Assembly: GCF_009914755.1 (NCBI RefSeq)
Contig: NC_060940.1
Direction: 5' to 3' (one strand)
DNA length: 64,000 nt
Source of the DNA: the human T2T-CHM13v2.0 reference genome, Homo sapiens
The notes under the pieces are model-generated. The model saw nothing but the letters and a program-made list of their open reading frames with translations, made no database searches and had not been told where the DNA came from. The position numbers and the translations under genes are program-made. This document shows, piece after piece, positions 30,458 through 48,110 of this stretch (position 1 is its first letter; the number at the start of each line of letters is the position of its first letter).

Positions 30458-30834
30458 GCGCGGTGCACGCGGCTTTAAGTGTGCTGGGCAGAGGGAGGTG
30501 GTGATATTGTGTGGTCTGGTTCCTGTGTGACCCTGGGCAGTTCCTTACCTCCCTGGTCCCCGTTTGTCAAAGAGGATGGACTAAATGATCTCTGAAAGTG
30601 TTGAAGCGCGGACCCTTCTGGGTCCAGGGAGGGGTCCCTGCAAAACTCCAGGCAGGACTTCTCACCAGCAGTCGTGGGGAACGGAGGAGGACATGGGGAG
30701 GTTGTGGGGCCTCAGGCTCCGGGCACCAGGGGCCAACCTCAGGCTCCTAAAGAGACATTTTCCGCCCACTCCTGGGACACTCCGTCTGCTCCAATGACTG
30801 AGCAGCATCCACCCCACCCCATCTTTGCTGCCAG

Positions 30835-31033
30835 CTCTCAGGACCGTGCCCTCGTCAGCTGGGATGTGAAGTCTCTGGGTGGAAGTGTGTGCCAAGAGCT
30901 ACTCCCACAGCAGCCCCAGGAGAAGGGGCTTTGTGACCAGAAAGCTTCATCCACAGCCTTGCAGCGGCTCCTGCAAAAGGAGGTGAAATCCCTGCCTCAG
31001 GCCAAGGGACCAGGTTTGCAGGAGCCCCCCTAG
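30835..31033 (+). CDS. MC1R: Alternative MC1R 3' exon giving the 382-aa C-terminally extended isoform
   Basis: Donor TG|GTGAGC inside the Trp317/stop codons (after 30453), 381-nt intron to gccag|, then C-SQDRALVSWDVK...GLQEPP*. Confidence 0.85.
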
Positions 31034-31192
31034 TGGTATGGGGCTGAGCCCTCCTGAGGGCCGGTTCTAAGGCTCAGACTGGGCACTGGGGCCTCAGCCT
31101 GCTTTCCTGCAGCAGTCGCCCAAGCAGACAGCCCTGGCAAATGCCTGACTCAGTGACCAGTGCCTGTGAGCATGGGGCCAGGAAAGTCTGGT

Positions 31193-31198
31193 AATAAA
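31193..31198 (+). terminator. MC1R poly(A) signal AATAAA, followed by G-rich rather than GU-rich downstream elements
   Basis: gtAATAAAtg; G-tracts at about 31252-31290 and 31660-31760. Confidence 0.85.
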
Positions 31199-33399
31199 TG
31201 TGACTCAGCATCACCCACCTTAGCCCCTTCCAGAAAGTGCTTGAAGTTTGCGGGTGGAGGGATGGGGGAGGGGAAGGTGGGCAGGGGTGAGAGTCGAGAG
31301 GGAAGAAAGGAGTCCCGGAAAACGTGGCTGCCTCCCCAGGTGAGGAAGCCACAGCCCCAGAGGCCCCAAATGCCTGGGGAGTGTGGAGGTCCCAACCAGG
31401 CTTGCGCTGACCCTGCTTCTCGGTTTTCTCTCCGTGCTGACAAACCCCAGCCTAGAGGAAGGACGAGCAGGTGCAGCAGGGCCCCAGTCCCCTCCACTCT
31501 TGACGCTGTCCTAGCTGCAGAAGAGGCGGGTTCCCAGCCTTCCCTGTGACCACATGTGACCTCAGCCGGGACACATCCCTTTGCTGGCCCTGGCCCTGAG
31601 TCCCTCCAGCCATGATGAGCCGTGAATGGGACCATCCCTGTCCACTCTGAGATGCCTGGAAGGGGGCTCAGTGCAGGTGGGCTGGGGGCTGGGTCTGCTG
31701 TCTGCCCAGCACTGCCATTCTGGGAGTAGGCAGGTGGGGAAGGGGTCGGGGGTGGAGGGTCTGTGTTCAGCCAGTCCTGGGAAATGCTTGATGTGAGGCT
31801 TCTGAAGATGGCAGTGAGGCAGAGGCCCAGCCGGCGGAGAAGTCCCTGGGAGTGAGTACCTGGGGATGAACTATGCTGCCTGGTGCTGGGGAGCAGTGGC
31901 GCCCCTGGGCCATCCCTCTGCTGAAACCTGGGCGTCTCGCTGAAGAGACCACCTCCATTTCCTCTGCAGAGACTGAGCACTCAGTCAGCCCCCTTCCTGG
32001 GACAGGCTCAATGGAGGCTGCAGGGCCATCAGCCGACTCCTACGCAGGCTCAGTCAGCAGCCCCCTGGCCAGCCCCACCCCTGACTGCCGGCCTCAGAAC
32101 TGGGAGCTGCTTCCTGGCAGGGCCCGCCTCTGCTGGGAGACCGGACGGTGAGTCAGCCTTAAGCCCGGCACCAGACCCCTCTGAGGATGGAGCAGGAGCT
32201 GGCTGCCCTGAGGCTGCAAAACTTCTTCCCTCGTGGAGACAGGGAGGCACCTCAGACACTCACCCCGGACTCCCTTGAACAGGGACAGGGAGGAACCCCA
32301 GGCAGCTAGACCCCAGCAGCAGCCACACGAGCACACTGTGGGGCAGGGAGGGGCATCTCTTGAGAACAAAAGATCCATTTCTCGACTTTCCAAACTGGAG
32401 AGCTTCTTGAGAGAAAAGAGAGAGACAGGTACAGGTCCACGCCACCCACACACAGCCCTGTGCACACAGACCGGACACAGGCGTCCACAGGCAAGTTCGC
32501 AGCTGCTCATTTTGTGAAGTGAATGCTGATTTGGGGGCCGGGTGGGGTTCGTCTGTACATCGTGCACTGTCAGACCCTTCCTGAAGGATTTTTGTTACTG
32601 AAGTATCAGAAGGCCCTTGTTCTAAGGTGGTGGCACTGTAATATCTGGCCCAGGAGGAGGTCAGTGCCGTGCCGGCGAGTCCTTTGCTCCCTTCCTTCTC
32701 TGACCAGTAAACGCATCTCCAGTCGCTCCCCCGAGGCCCCCCTGCACGCAGTCTCCGACCTCAGAGAGTGAGTCAGATAGAAGCCGCTGCCCACCCTCCC
32801 CCACCCTGGCCGGGTTCTTGCCTGGCTTGTGCGTCCTTGTGACAATTCCTGACACGGATGCGCACCGGGCAGTGGCACGTCCAGGTGCTGTGCGCGCCCG
32901 GGCCCACAAAGCTCCTTTGGACGCTCATGGCAGCCCCTTGGTGGAGGAGGTCGGGTGCCCACCCCCTCCCCGCCCACTGCGGAAGCCGGCGACCCACGGA
33001 GCTCGCTCTCGGCCGCCGCCACCCCTCTGTGTTCGCGCCCTTCCGAGCTCTGATCCGACGCTTTGTTTCTTCTCAGTGGGTTCAGGGCCTGGGCCAGCCT
33101 TTACCTACCTCCCCCACCCAAAACCGGCAAAAGCTCAGAGCACCTTGTCTGCCAAAAGACAGGGAGCTGGGATGGTGCGGGTTGGTCTCTAAACCGGCGT
33201 GGGGAAAAAAGACCCTCCGTACAAAGCCGCAGGGTGGGGCTGTCGCAAGGGCGGAACCGAGAGGGTAGCTGGGGGCGGGGTTCCCAGGGCCAAGAGGGGC
33301 CATTGTCCTCCCTGGAGCCCGGCGCCCCCACAGCCAGCTCCTCTGGGAGACAGCCCCTCCTTTCGAATGCGCGGGGCCCTCAGACCGCGCCCGGCCCAG

Positions 33400-33600
33400 C
33401 GCTGGGGGATCCTTGGCTGCGGGAGGGGCGCCGCATTGCGCGCGGCGGGCGGGGACGCGCGGTGCGGAGCCTGCGGGCCGGGCGGGGCTCTGCGGCGGCG
33501 CCTCCCGATTGGCCACCCGCGGTGACATCAGCCGATGCGAAGGGCGGGGCCGCGGCTATAAGAGCGCGCGGCCGCGGTCCCCGACCCTCAGCAGCCAGCC
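33400..33600 (+). promoter_or_regulatory. TUBB3 CpG-island promoter: inverted CCAAT (33508-33512), CRE-like TGACATCA (33523-33530), GC box (33542-33550), TATAAGA (33557-33563)
   Basis: Motifs read directly, 85-140 nt upstream of the ATG. Confidence 0.85.
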
Positions 33601-33646
33601 CGGCCCGCCCGCGCCCGTCCGCAGCCGCCCGCCAGACGCGCCCAGT

Positions 33647-33703
33647 ATGAGGGAGATCGTGCACATCCAGGCCGGCCAGTGCGGCAACCAGATCGGGGCC
33701 AAG
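33647..33703 (+). CDS. TUBB3: TUBB3 exon 1 (MREIVHIQAGQCGNQIGAK)
   Basis: Beta-tubulin MREI start; AAG|GTGAGG donor. Confidence 0.99.
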
Positions 33704-34848
33704 GTGAGGCTGCGCGCCCCGGCCTGTCCCGGGCCCCGGGGCGGGAGGAGGGAGGCGCCGTGCCCCGCGGGCCGCACCTCCAGCTGCCCCCGCCCCTGCG
33801 AACCTGCAACAAAGGGATGCGCCCAGCGCCGCGCCGGGCGGCCGGGACGCGGGGCCCCCGCCCTGGGACTCTCGCCTGCACCTCTCTGCCCCTGCCCAGG
33901 TGACCTCGGGCTGTCGAGGCGCAGCTCACGTCAGTCGCGAAGCCTCAGCCCCCTCCACACCTGCGCCCCCTCCACACCTGCACCCCCTCCACCGGGCCTC
34001 CGCAGGTGCAGCTGGGAGCCCTGTCTGGGCGTGGCCCTCTTTTTTGGGGCCGCGGCATAGCCTTGAGTGAGACGGGTGGGGTAGGCAGGTTTGGGTGGGG
34101 TGGGGGGTTCTCCTCACAGCCGTGATTTCCTCGGCCCGAACCCCCCACTGGAGTAGCCGAACGTCCCCCGAGAGGCTAGAGCCGCCCCGATTTCCCCAGC
34201 CTGCTCCGACACCCCTCGGCGTCCTAGCTCCACCCTGTCCCTTTGTTGGAGGGGTTGGGCCTGGACTCGAGATGACCTTGGTCCAGGACCAGGCTCTCCA
34301 TCGGCGCAGCCGCTCCTGGGCAACCCCCGCGGGGCTTGACCGCGCCCACCCAGGGTCTACCAGTCTGGGGATTGGATGTGGGAACAAAGCCGGGCTGTGG
34401 GGTGTGGAGGCTGCACCGTGGCGCGCCCCTCCCTCCATTGTTAGCCCACCTCGCAGATGTTGGGGCCACGCAGAAAGGGGCGTTGGTGCAGCTGTGCAGG
34501 GACCCCTGCCTAAATCATTAAGGGGACGTCGTGTCCCCTGGTCCTGGGAGGCTGTCCCTGGCCCAAGGTCACACAGCAGGTGCGAGAGAGCTGGGCTGGC
34601 CCTTGGTTCTCATCCCCTGCAGGAGCCAACCTGGGGCTCGGGCGGGGCGGGTTGGGGGCGCTGCTTGCCAAAGGATCTGCCCTCCGAACAGTGTTGGGGA
34701 ACAGGGGATCGGGGGGGGAGGCTGGCTTTGTCAGGACCAAGGCCAGGGACCCAGCTCAGGGCTGGTGCAGCGCTGATTCTGGGAAGGAGGGGGTGCAGGA
34801 GACGGTCCTGGAGGGGAAGGGGCCAGAGAAAGGCAGCCTCCGGAGGCT

Positions 34849-34862
34849 GTTGCCATGGAAAC
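34849..34862. promoter_or_regulatory. RFX X-box GTTGCCATGGAAAC in TUBB3 intron 1
   Basis: Matches the GTTNCCATGGNAAC consensus. Confidence 0.6.
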
Positions 34863-35543
34863 CAGGCAGGAACAAAAAGCTAATTACAACAGGGCCAGCC
34901 ACGTGGCTGACATGTAAATTGCAACTTTGGCTCCGGGTGGAGGCGCCTCTGAGGGTGGGAGGCCCAGTAGTGGGGAGACTCTAATCACCCAAGGAGACAG
35001 CTGTGCCTGCCAAGGAGAGCCTGGGGGAGGGGAGACCTGGGGGACAGTGGCCTCAAATCAAACCAGGACTCCCGGAGCAGCCTCTGACAGCTGCCTTGGC
35101 CTGATGGGAGGGGCTGAGGGCTCATTAATGTGGTCACTGGGGCCAAGCCTCCCCTGAGCATCTGCTCCTGGGAGGGTCAGGGGTCGCTGGGGGGAGGGAG
35201 GGCAGGCAGCCCTGGGGCTCCTGGGAGGGTCAGGGGTCTCTGGGGAGAGGGAGGGCAGGCAGCCCTGGGGCCCACCTGGGGTTTCTCCTTCTATGGCTGG
35301 GATGGGCCCAGAGCTGTGGTCCCACAAGGCACTTGTCAGGCAAGAGCTGGGATCTAGAAGTCAGGTGCACATGCAGACATCCCCTGAGGCTCCACGGGTA
35401 GCAGAGGGAGCCCTTGTCCCCTGGACCGTGTCCTTGGCTGCCTTGTGCTCTGCTTCTGAACACTGGAGCTCTTAGTTTGCCCGCTACTTTTTATTCCTTT
35501 TGAGTTGTTTGTTTTTTCTTAATATATTTCTTTTTAAAAATTA

Positions 35544-35813
<270 letters not shown>

Positions 35814-35989
35814 CTAGGCGATAGAGTGAGATCCTGTCTCACAGTAATAATAGTATCTGATTCTTTTTAACAATGAAAGCAACAGAGAAGGAAATTTTCT
35901 CGGGGGCGGGGGCGGCAAGAGCGTGTTCCTTTGCTCTGCTGCCCTTGTGGAATCAATGGGAAGTTCCTTGGCCGTTCTCGGCCTCCACT

Positions 35990-36950
35990 CCCGCAGCTGA
36001 TAGGGGGTGCAACGCGGCTGCTTCCCTGTCTGGGGTCCTCGGGCGGTGCCTGGCTGGGCAGGAAGGCCCGTGCACTCTGGGCAGAGGGAAGTCGGGGTGA
36101 CTCGAGGCCGGGAGCAAAGCCGGGTCCCGGGCGGTCACGCGGCAGCGCGGACGACTCACCGCGGTCACCCCTGCGCTGGGAGCCGAGCCCCCGGCAGCTC
36201 GCGGGGATGCAGTAAGCCGGGCGCAGCCCGCCGGGAGGATGAGAAAACCCGAAGCCCGGAAAGCCGAGCGGCCGCCTGCAGTCACCCCGGGGGGGGCAGG
36301 GGCGGGCCGGGCTATGCAGAAACACCGGGGCCCGCGGGACACAGGACGCTGCCCCACTGCCGCAGAGCTGAATCTGGACCCCCGGGCTTTGCTTTCCTGG
36401 GGCCTGTGCTCCTCCCTCCCCGGGGCGGGGTTCGCCTGCAGCGGCGGAGGGGGGAGCCTTTGTCCTCCGCGCGGGCTGCGGCACCGCCTCCTCGCGGCTG
36501 CGGGGCGGGGCTGGGGGCGGGGCCTGGCCGTCTCAGCCAATGGGAGGCGGAGTCCCTGGCTCGCCCCGCCCTCTCGCCTGAAAGACCTGCGGAGCCGCGG
36601 GCCGGGCGGGAACCGCATTCGGGTCCTGGAGGGGCTTGGAGGCCCCAGTCTCGCAGCCCCTTCATCGGGGACCCCCGCTCCCACCTGCCTTGGCCACTGC
36701 CCTCAAAGCCCGGCCCCGCTTTCCCCAGGACCCCAAGCGCTGCGCGAGGTCAGCACCAAGGACAGCGCCCGGGCCGAGCGCCTGGCCTCGAACGCCGGGT
36801 TCTGCTTTGTGTTTCCAGGTTTTTGTTTTTGGTTATGAGAGGAGGCCTGGCTCTGTCGCCCGGGCTGGCGTCCAGAGGCGCGATCTCGGCTCACTGCAGC
36901 CTCGGCCTCCCGAGTAGCTGGGACCGCAGGCGCTCACCACCACGCCTGGC
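35990..36950. promoter_or_regulatory. Second CpG island within TUBB3 intron 1 (GC boxes 36502-36523, CCAAT 36537-36541)
   Basis: High CpG density and promoter-type motifs. Confidence 0.75.
36749..36769 (+). promoter_or_regulatory. RE1/NRSE (REST site) GTCAGCACCAAGGACAGCGCC
   Basis: Near-perfect canonical 21-bp RE1 with 2-bp spacer; TUBB3 is a neuron-restricted REST target. Confidence 0.9.
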
Positions 36951-38317
36951 CACAATTTTCCTTTTTTCTTATTTTCTTTTAGATGGAGTTTGGCTCTTGT
37001 TGCCCAGGCTGGAGTGCAGTGGCGCGATCTCGGCTCATTGCAACCTCCACTTCCTGGGTTCAAGCTATTCTCCTGCCTCAGCCTCCTGAGTAGCTGGGAT
37101 TACAGGCGCCCGCCACCACACCTGGCTTATTTTGTACTTTTACTAGAGATGGGGTTTCTCCATCTTGGTCAGGCTGGTCTCAAACTCCTGACCTCAGGTG
37201 ATTCACCTGCCTCAGCCTCCCAAAGTGCTGGGATTGCAGGCATGAGCCACCACGCCGGGCCGATTTCCTTTTCTGTAGTGATGTTAACAATTTAGTTTAT
37301 AAAATTATATTTTATTGTTTATTAAATATGTAACATAGGCCAGGTGCGGTGGCTCACACCTGTAATCCCAGCACTTTGGGAGGCCGAGGTGGGTGGATCA
37401 CCTGAGGTCAGCACTTCAGGGCCAGCCTGGGCAACATGGCAAGACTCCGTGCCTACAAAAAATAAAAAACAAAAAAAATTAGCTGGACATGGAGGCACGC
37501 CGGCCTGTGGTCCCAGCTACTTGGGAGACAGAGGTGGGAGGATCACCTGGGGGAGGTGGGCAGAGGTTAAAGTGAGCTGAGGTCATGCCCCTGCATTCTA
37601 GCCTGGGCAATAGAGCAAGACCCTATCTAAAAAAAAAAAAGGAACAATATATTTTATTACTTTATCTCAAATTATAATTTTATTAATTTTAACTACAAAA
37701 GCAATTAATATATTCTCCTGGTTAAAAAAAACCTTAAATATTGCAGATAAACCTGGTGCCCATCTAGCCACCTCTCTCTATCCAAGTGGGAACAAATTTC
37801 TTTTTCTATCCTTCTGGTCCATTTTTTTTAAGTGACCTGTGCATATGGTTTTAAAACTTTAAATAGTATCTAAAACATTTGAACAAAATGAAGCCAACAT
37901 GTGCTGAATGTTTTCATGTCAAGCTTTGTGCTAAGGCCTGGATGTGGGCACCATTCACACGTTCATCTCACAGATGAGAAAACAGGTCCTGCGAGGCACG
38001 CGCCTGGCCCACAGCTGTGCTCGTGCTGGGTCTTGAATCCACTCTGCTCCATTGCTCCTGCTGCCCTGTGCCTCGCTCTGCAGAGGACTTCCCATAGATG
38101 TGTTACTCTCTCCACCCCTCCTTTACAGGGGCTGGTGGTTGTGGGTTCCCTGGAACCATAAATTTGGGGTGTCCCAGTGCTTTGGGGAGCAAGGTCCCCG
38201 ACTCAAGTGGACTGCCAGCAACTAAATTAATGGGGGATCCTCAAAGAGAGTGTTAGGGAGGCAAGCAGTAGGTGGGAAGCTTGGACAAGCCCCAAATGCC
38301 TCAGGGACCTTTCTGTA

Positions 38318-41500
<3,183 letters not shown>

Positions 41501-42736
41501 ACCAAATTGTTTTCTAACCTGCTTTTTTCTTGAGGAATCTTCTGCAGCACATGACTCACATGTAGAGCCCCTTGTTTCTTGAGGCCTTCATACCCGTCAG
41601 CTCATCTAAAAGTCACTCCTGAGGAGTAAGGGCAAGGGGCATTGGGAGAGGTCAGGCAGCCCTGGGAAGCCTCCCAGCGTGTGTCCCAGGAGGCCTGCTG
41701 CCTGCAGACACTGCTCCCAGACGCAGCGGCCTCGGCCATCAGAGCGTGTCCCACGATGAGGTGGCAACTTCCCTGAAGGGCTTGCTCTCACCCAGGGGTG
41801 TGGTTCTCCGTGTGCACACAGATAGATAGTTCTACGTTTGCCATATACCATTTATATGCCTCACACAGATTAACCCACTTTCATTTCAAAAAGACCTCCT
41901 GTCATCGTGCCCATTGTACAGATGAGGACACTGAGACACGGAATCCTAGTGACCTGTGCAAGGTCACACAGCTGGGAAGGGTGAGGGAAGCGTCTGTGAA
42001 CCCAGCAGGCCCAGCCCCTGAGTCTAGGCTCCGCTCGGCAGCTGTCATGGGAGCAGAGTCCGAGAAGCACTGCAGGCACCTGCTCTAGGGGGAGAGAGGT
42101 GGAGGTGGCAGGTAGAGAGAGGACGACCCCTGGGAGCTGAGACGATGCCAGCCTCACACGGACAGGCTGGGTGACCTCAGGCAAGTCGCTTCCCATTTGG
42201 GACCCCAAGGACCCTTCTGCAGACCCAGCTGGGGGTCCCCGATGAGACTGGCTCTCAGAGTCCCTGTGAGTCCCGTCAGCTGAGGCCAGTAATGTCCTGG
42301 CACCATCACTGGACATGGTTTGCTCTCCCATGGAGGGGCAGGTGTAGCAGCCAAAAGCGATCCTGAGCTCTGGGCCTCTGAACCCTGCTCTGCCAGCTAC
42401 TGTGGGTGTCTCTACCCGCTCTGTGTCTCAGTTCCCTTTCCTGAAAAGAGGGGATAGTAAAAACTAACCCTCAAGGTGTTTATTACCAATGCCCTTCATG
42501 GAGGAATCCGCTGCTCCAGGCCCTTGCCAGCAGCTGCACAGCTGGGCCTGGGGACCTGGGTGTGGGTCTGTTGAACCTTGGCCCACCCTGGGGCTGTGGT
42601 CGGCCTGGACGTGTAGGTGTGGAGGTGCATATTTATTATGGCAATTTTCTGACAGGTAACAGAGTGTGGGGCTCTCTTCTGAATGGGGCTCGTGGAGGCC
42701 GTGGGTCAAAAGCCCTAATTTTGTAGTGAGGGCTAA

Positions 42737-43039
<303 letters not shown>

Positions 43040-43677
43040 TAGGTTGGCTGAGATGCCAGCAGGCGTAACTGGATGTCAGGCATCCAGACGCACAGAACAG
43101 ACAATAAATCACAGTCACAAAAGTGAGAGCCAAACATATTAGTGCCATGAGGGCCTGTGCGTGTCCAGGGGCACAGACAGGGATGGGGCAGGCCAGAGAC
43201 TTTGGAGGCCATAAGAGGGCCTAGAGAAGGGGTCACCTGGAGGGCTTAGTCAGGGGCTCTTTAGCAACTGGTGTGAAGTGATTTCCATATCAAAGTGGTG
43301 ATACACCCACCTGCCCACATGGACATGTGATTTAAAATTTTATTTAATTTAATAGAGACAGTCTCGATATGTTGCCCAGGCTGGTCTCGAACTCCTGGAC
43401 TCAAGCGATCCACCTGCCTTGGCCTCCCAAAGTGTTGGGAGTGCAGACACGAGCCCCTGCATCTGGTGGACGTCTGACTGAATCCTGCCTGTCCTGCTCC
43501 GTCCTGTCCTGCTCCGTCCTTAAACACAGTGAGGCTTAAGGGTGAAGAAAGTTGCTGAAGCTTGCCTTTGGTCCAGGACTCTGACTTCAGAGTACAGGCT
43601 CTTAGGATGTGAGCAGGAGGATGGCAGGCGGGCACAGAATTCAGAAAGAATGAGGGAGAGGCTCTGGCCCTCTGTGA

Positions 43678-44034
<357 letters not shown>

Positions 44035-44153
44035 TGAAGTGTAAAGCAGACAGAAGCTTACAGAATTGCTAGAGAGCTGGTGAGACAGAACGGGGCCTCC
44101 AGAGGACTCCGGGGTCCAGGAGCACGAGGCCTTGCTGCGGTCAAGAGATCAGG

Positions 44154-44518
44154 ACGTTCCCATGCCTGTGTCCTGGGGTTGGGCCGTGGATGCCACGTTC
44201 CCACGTCTGTGTCCTGGGGCGGGGCCGTGGATGCCACGTTCCCACGTCTGTGTCCTGGGGCGGGGCCGTGGATGCCACGTTCCCACGTCTGTGTCCTGGG
44301 GCGGGGCCGTGGATGCCACGTTCCCACGCCTGTGTCCTGGGGCGGGGCCGTGGATGCCACGTTCCCACGCCTGTGTCCTGGGGCGGGGCCGTGGATGCCA
44401 CGTTCCCATGCCTGTGTCCTGGGGCGGGGCCGTGGATGCCACGTTCCCATGCCTGTGTCCTGGGGCGGGGCCGTGGATGCCACGTTCCCATGTCTGTGTC
44501 CTGGGGCGGGGCCGTGGA
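44154..44518. repeat. 41-bp VNTR, 9 copies, TUBB3 intron 3
   Basis: ctgtgtcctgggg recurs every 41 bp from 44166 to 44494. Confidence 0.95.
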
Positions 44519-44740
44519 CGCGCCACAGAAACAGGAGGGCCTCGCTTCACTTCTGCCTTCCCGACCGCAGCACATCCAGCTGGTAGATGCCAACTCGCAT
44601 CCAGCCCCCAGCTGCCAGGGATTCTGGGGTGGCTGTTTGGGCTCCTGGCACTGCCAGTCGGAAGGAAGGTATGCTGGAGCAGGAGGGCTGATCCATTCAC
44701 CCAGGATCCCCTCAGGAGGCAGAGCCTCGCTCTGCTGTGA

Positions 44741-46045
<1,305 letters not shown>

Positions 46046-46176
46046 AGCTGCTCGCAGCTGGAGTGAGAGGCAGGTGGCGGCCGGGGCCGAAGCCAGCAGT
46101 GTCTAAACCCCCGGAGCCATCTTGCTGCCGACACCCTGCTTTCCCCTCGCCCTAGGGCTCCCTTGCCGCCCTCCTG

Positions 46177-46183
46177 CAGTATT
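46177..46183 (+). promoter_or_regulatory. miR-200b/c/429 seed match CAGTATT in the TUBB3 3'UTR
   Basis: 7mer-m8 match; miR-200c repression of TUBB3 is established. Confidence 0.75.
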
Positions 46184-46209
46184 TATGGCCTCGTCCTCCC
46201 CACCTAGGC

Positions 46210-46215
46210 CACGTG
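46210..46215. promoter_or_regulatory. CACGTG E-box/HRE about 165 nt after the TUBB3 stop
   Basis: Contains RCGTG; position agrees with my recollection of a reported HIF-1 element in the TUBB3 3' region. Confidence 0.55.
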
Positions 46216-46310
46216 TGAGCTGCTCCTGTCTCTGTCTTATTGCAGCTCCAGGCCTGACGTTTTACGGTTTTGTTTTTTACTGGTTTGTGTTTATATTTTC
46301 GGGGATACTT

Positions 46311-46316
46311 AATAAA
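46311..46316 (+). terminator. TUBB3 poly(A) signal AATAAA
   Basis: Canonical hexamer 266 nt after the stop, with U-rich upstream sequence. Confidence 0.9.
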
Positions 46317-47538
46317 TCTATTGCTGTCAGATACCCTTGCTTGGTGCCAGAGATGTCCTTTTATTCTGGAAAGTTGTGTCCAGTAGGTGGAGGGGCTGAC
46401 AGGGAGGCCCGGGTGGACAGGCAAGAAGAGCTCATCCTCTCCCAGGCTGGCGGCTGAGAGAGGCCTGCGCTGGGGGCCGGAATGTGTCTCAAGGCACAGC
46501 CCGTGGGGAGACCCCGGAAACGGGAAGCCCGGGAGAAGGAACGGGAAGTACCTCATTCCAGACCTCAAGATGCAGCCCTCCCGACTTGGAAATAACCCCA
46601 CACTCGTTCCCTGGCCTCCCACAGAGCGGCTTGCACCCCAGACTTTTCTCCCACCTGTCTGTAGGCTGAAAGTTGGGGCAGGTGGTCCCTCCTGCGGTGG
46701 AAACTGCCATCAGACCTGAAGCCTCGGGTCACAACCAGGGAGGTAGGGAAGGGGGCCCCGAGTGCTCCCTGAAAAAGACGGTGTGTTTAGTGTCTCGGGG
46801 CTGGGCCCTGGGAGGGGCTGCTGAGGTCAGGGAGATGCGGCCACAGGACGCAGGCCTGGGCTGCCGGGAGGGACGTATCAGTCCTCCCGCCCCCGGCAGC
46901 CCCTTCCTGGGGTGCATGATACTTGGTGTCCAGCCACACAGGGCATGGCCTGAGGAGCCGCTCACCTGGTTCCCCACATCCTCCTACAGGGACAGAGCCT
47001 GGAGCCCAGAGAGGCCGACTGCCCAGCCCTCCACAGTCGCCTCCCTGCCACCCCGCCCCTTGGAGCTGAGGGGCATCAGCAGCCTCAGTCTCCCAGGTTC
47101 TGCCCAGTGGTACCCTGAGAGCGGCCCCTTCTTCTTGAATCACCCTTCAACCTGGCAATGGGCGCAGAAGAAGACAGGCCGTGTGCACTGCGGGCCCCAG
47201 CTTCAGATGCGAGGGCTGCAGGCCCCAGAGGCCGCCATCTCGAGTTCTGGCCCTGACACCCCCAACATGGATGGGGCCGGGGATGTGTCTCCTCCGCCGG
47301 CTGCTGCTGTGTAACAAATCACCCCAAATCTACCTGAAACAGCACGGGATCCTTTCTCTAGACACAGCGTGTTAGCTGGATCCTTCTGCTCCTCACAATG
47401 TTGGGAGGGGCCAGCTGCAAGCTCTGACATCTCACTCTTGGGGTTGTCCTCCGCACGGCTGCCTGGCCGACCCCTCGCATGGTGGGGCGGAGGCTGGAAC
47501 CACGTCTTACATGGCACCGGTTCTTTTTTTCTTTGTGA

Positions 47539-47640
<102 letters not shown>

Positions 47641-48110
47641 TGAGTAGCAGGGACTACGGGCGCCCGCCACCATGCCCGGCTAATTTTTTGTATTTTTAGT
47701 AGAGATGGGGTTTCACCATGTTAGCCAGGATGGTCTCCATCTCCTGACCTCAGGATCCGCCCACCTTGGCCTCCCAAAGTGCTGGGATTACAGGCGTGAG
47801 CCACCGTCACTGATTCTTAAGTGTGCCAGACCCATGTCAATCACAGGCCTGGCATCACTGTCCCATATTCAGTGGGTTCAAGCAAGACCAGAGCCAGTGC
47901 AGATGCAGGCAGGGAGGGAAAAGCCCTGTGGTGCGGACTCTGGGGTGTGGTTCCTGGGAGGCTGCCTGAACACAGCCTGGCTTGCACCTGCAACTCCACA
48001 CATGCGGAGCTGAGCTCCTGACCCCCAGCCCTGCTTCTCCACATCCCTCAGGTTGGTGATGCCAACCACGACACCCCAGGTGCTCAGGGCAAACAGCCGG
48101 GGTCACCAGG

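Noticed and set aside
36007-37089. 360-aa ORF in TUBB3 intron 1
   Set aside because: CpG-island low-complexity sequence running into Alu; no recognisable domain.
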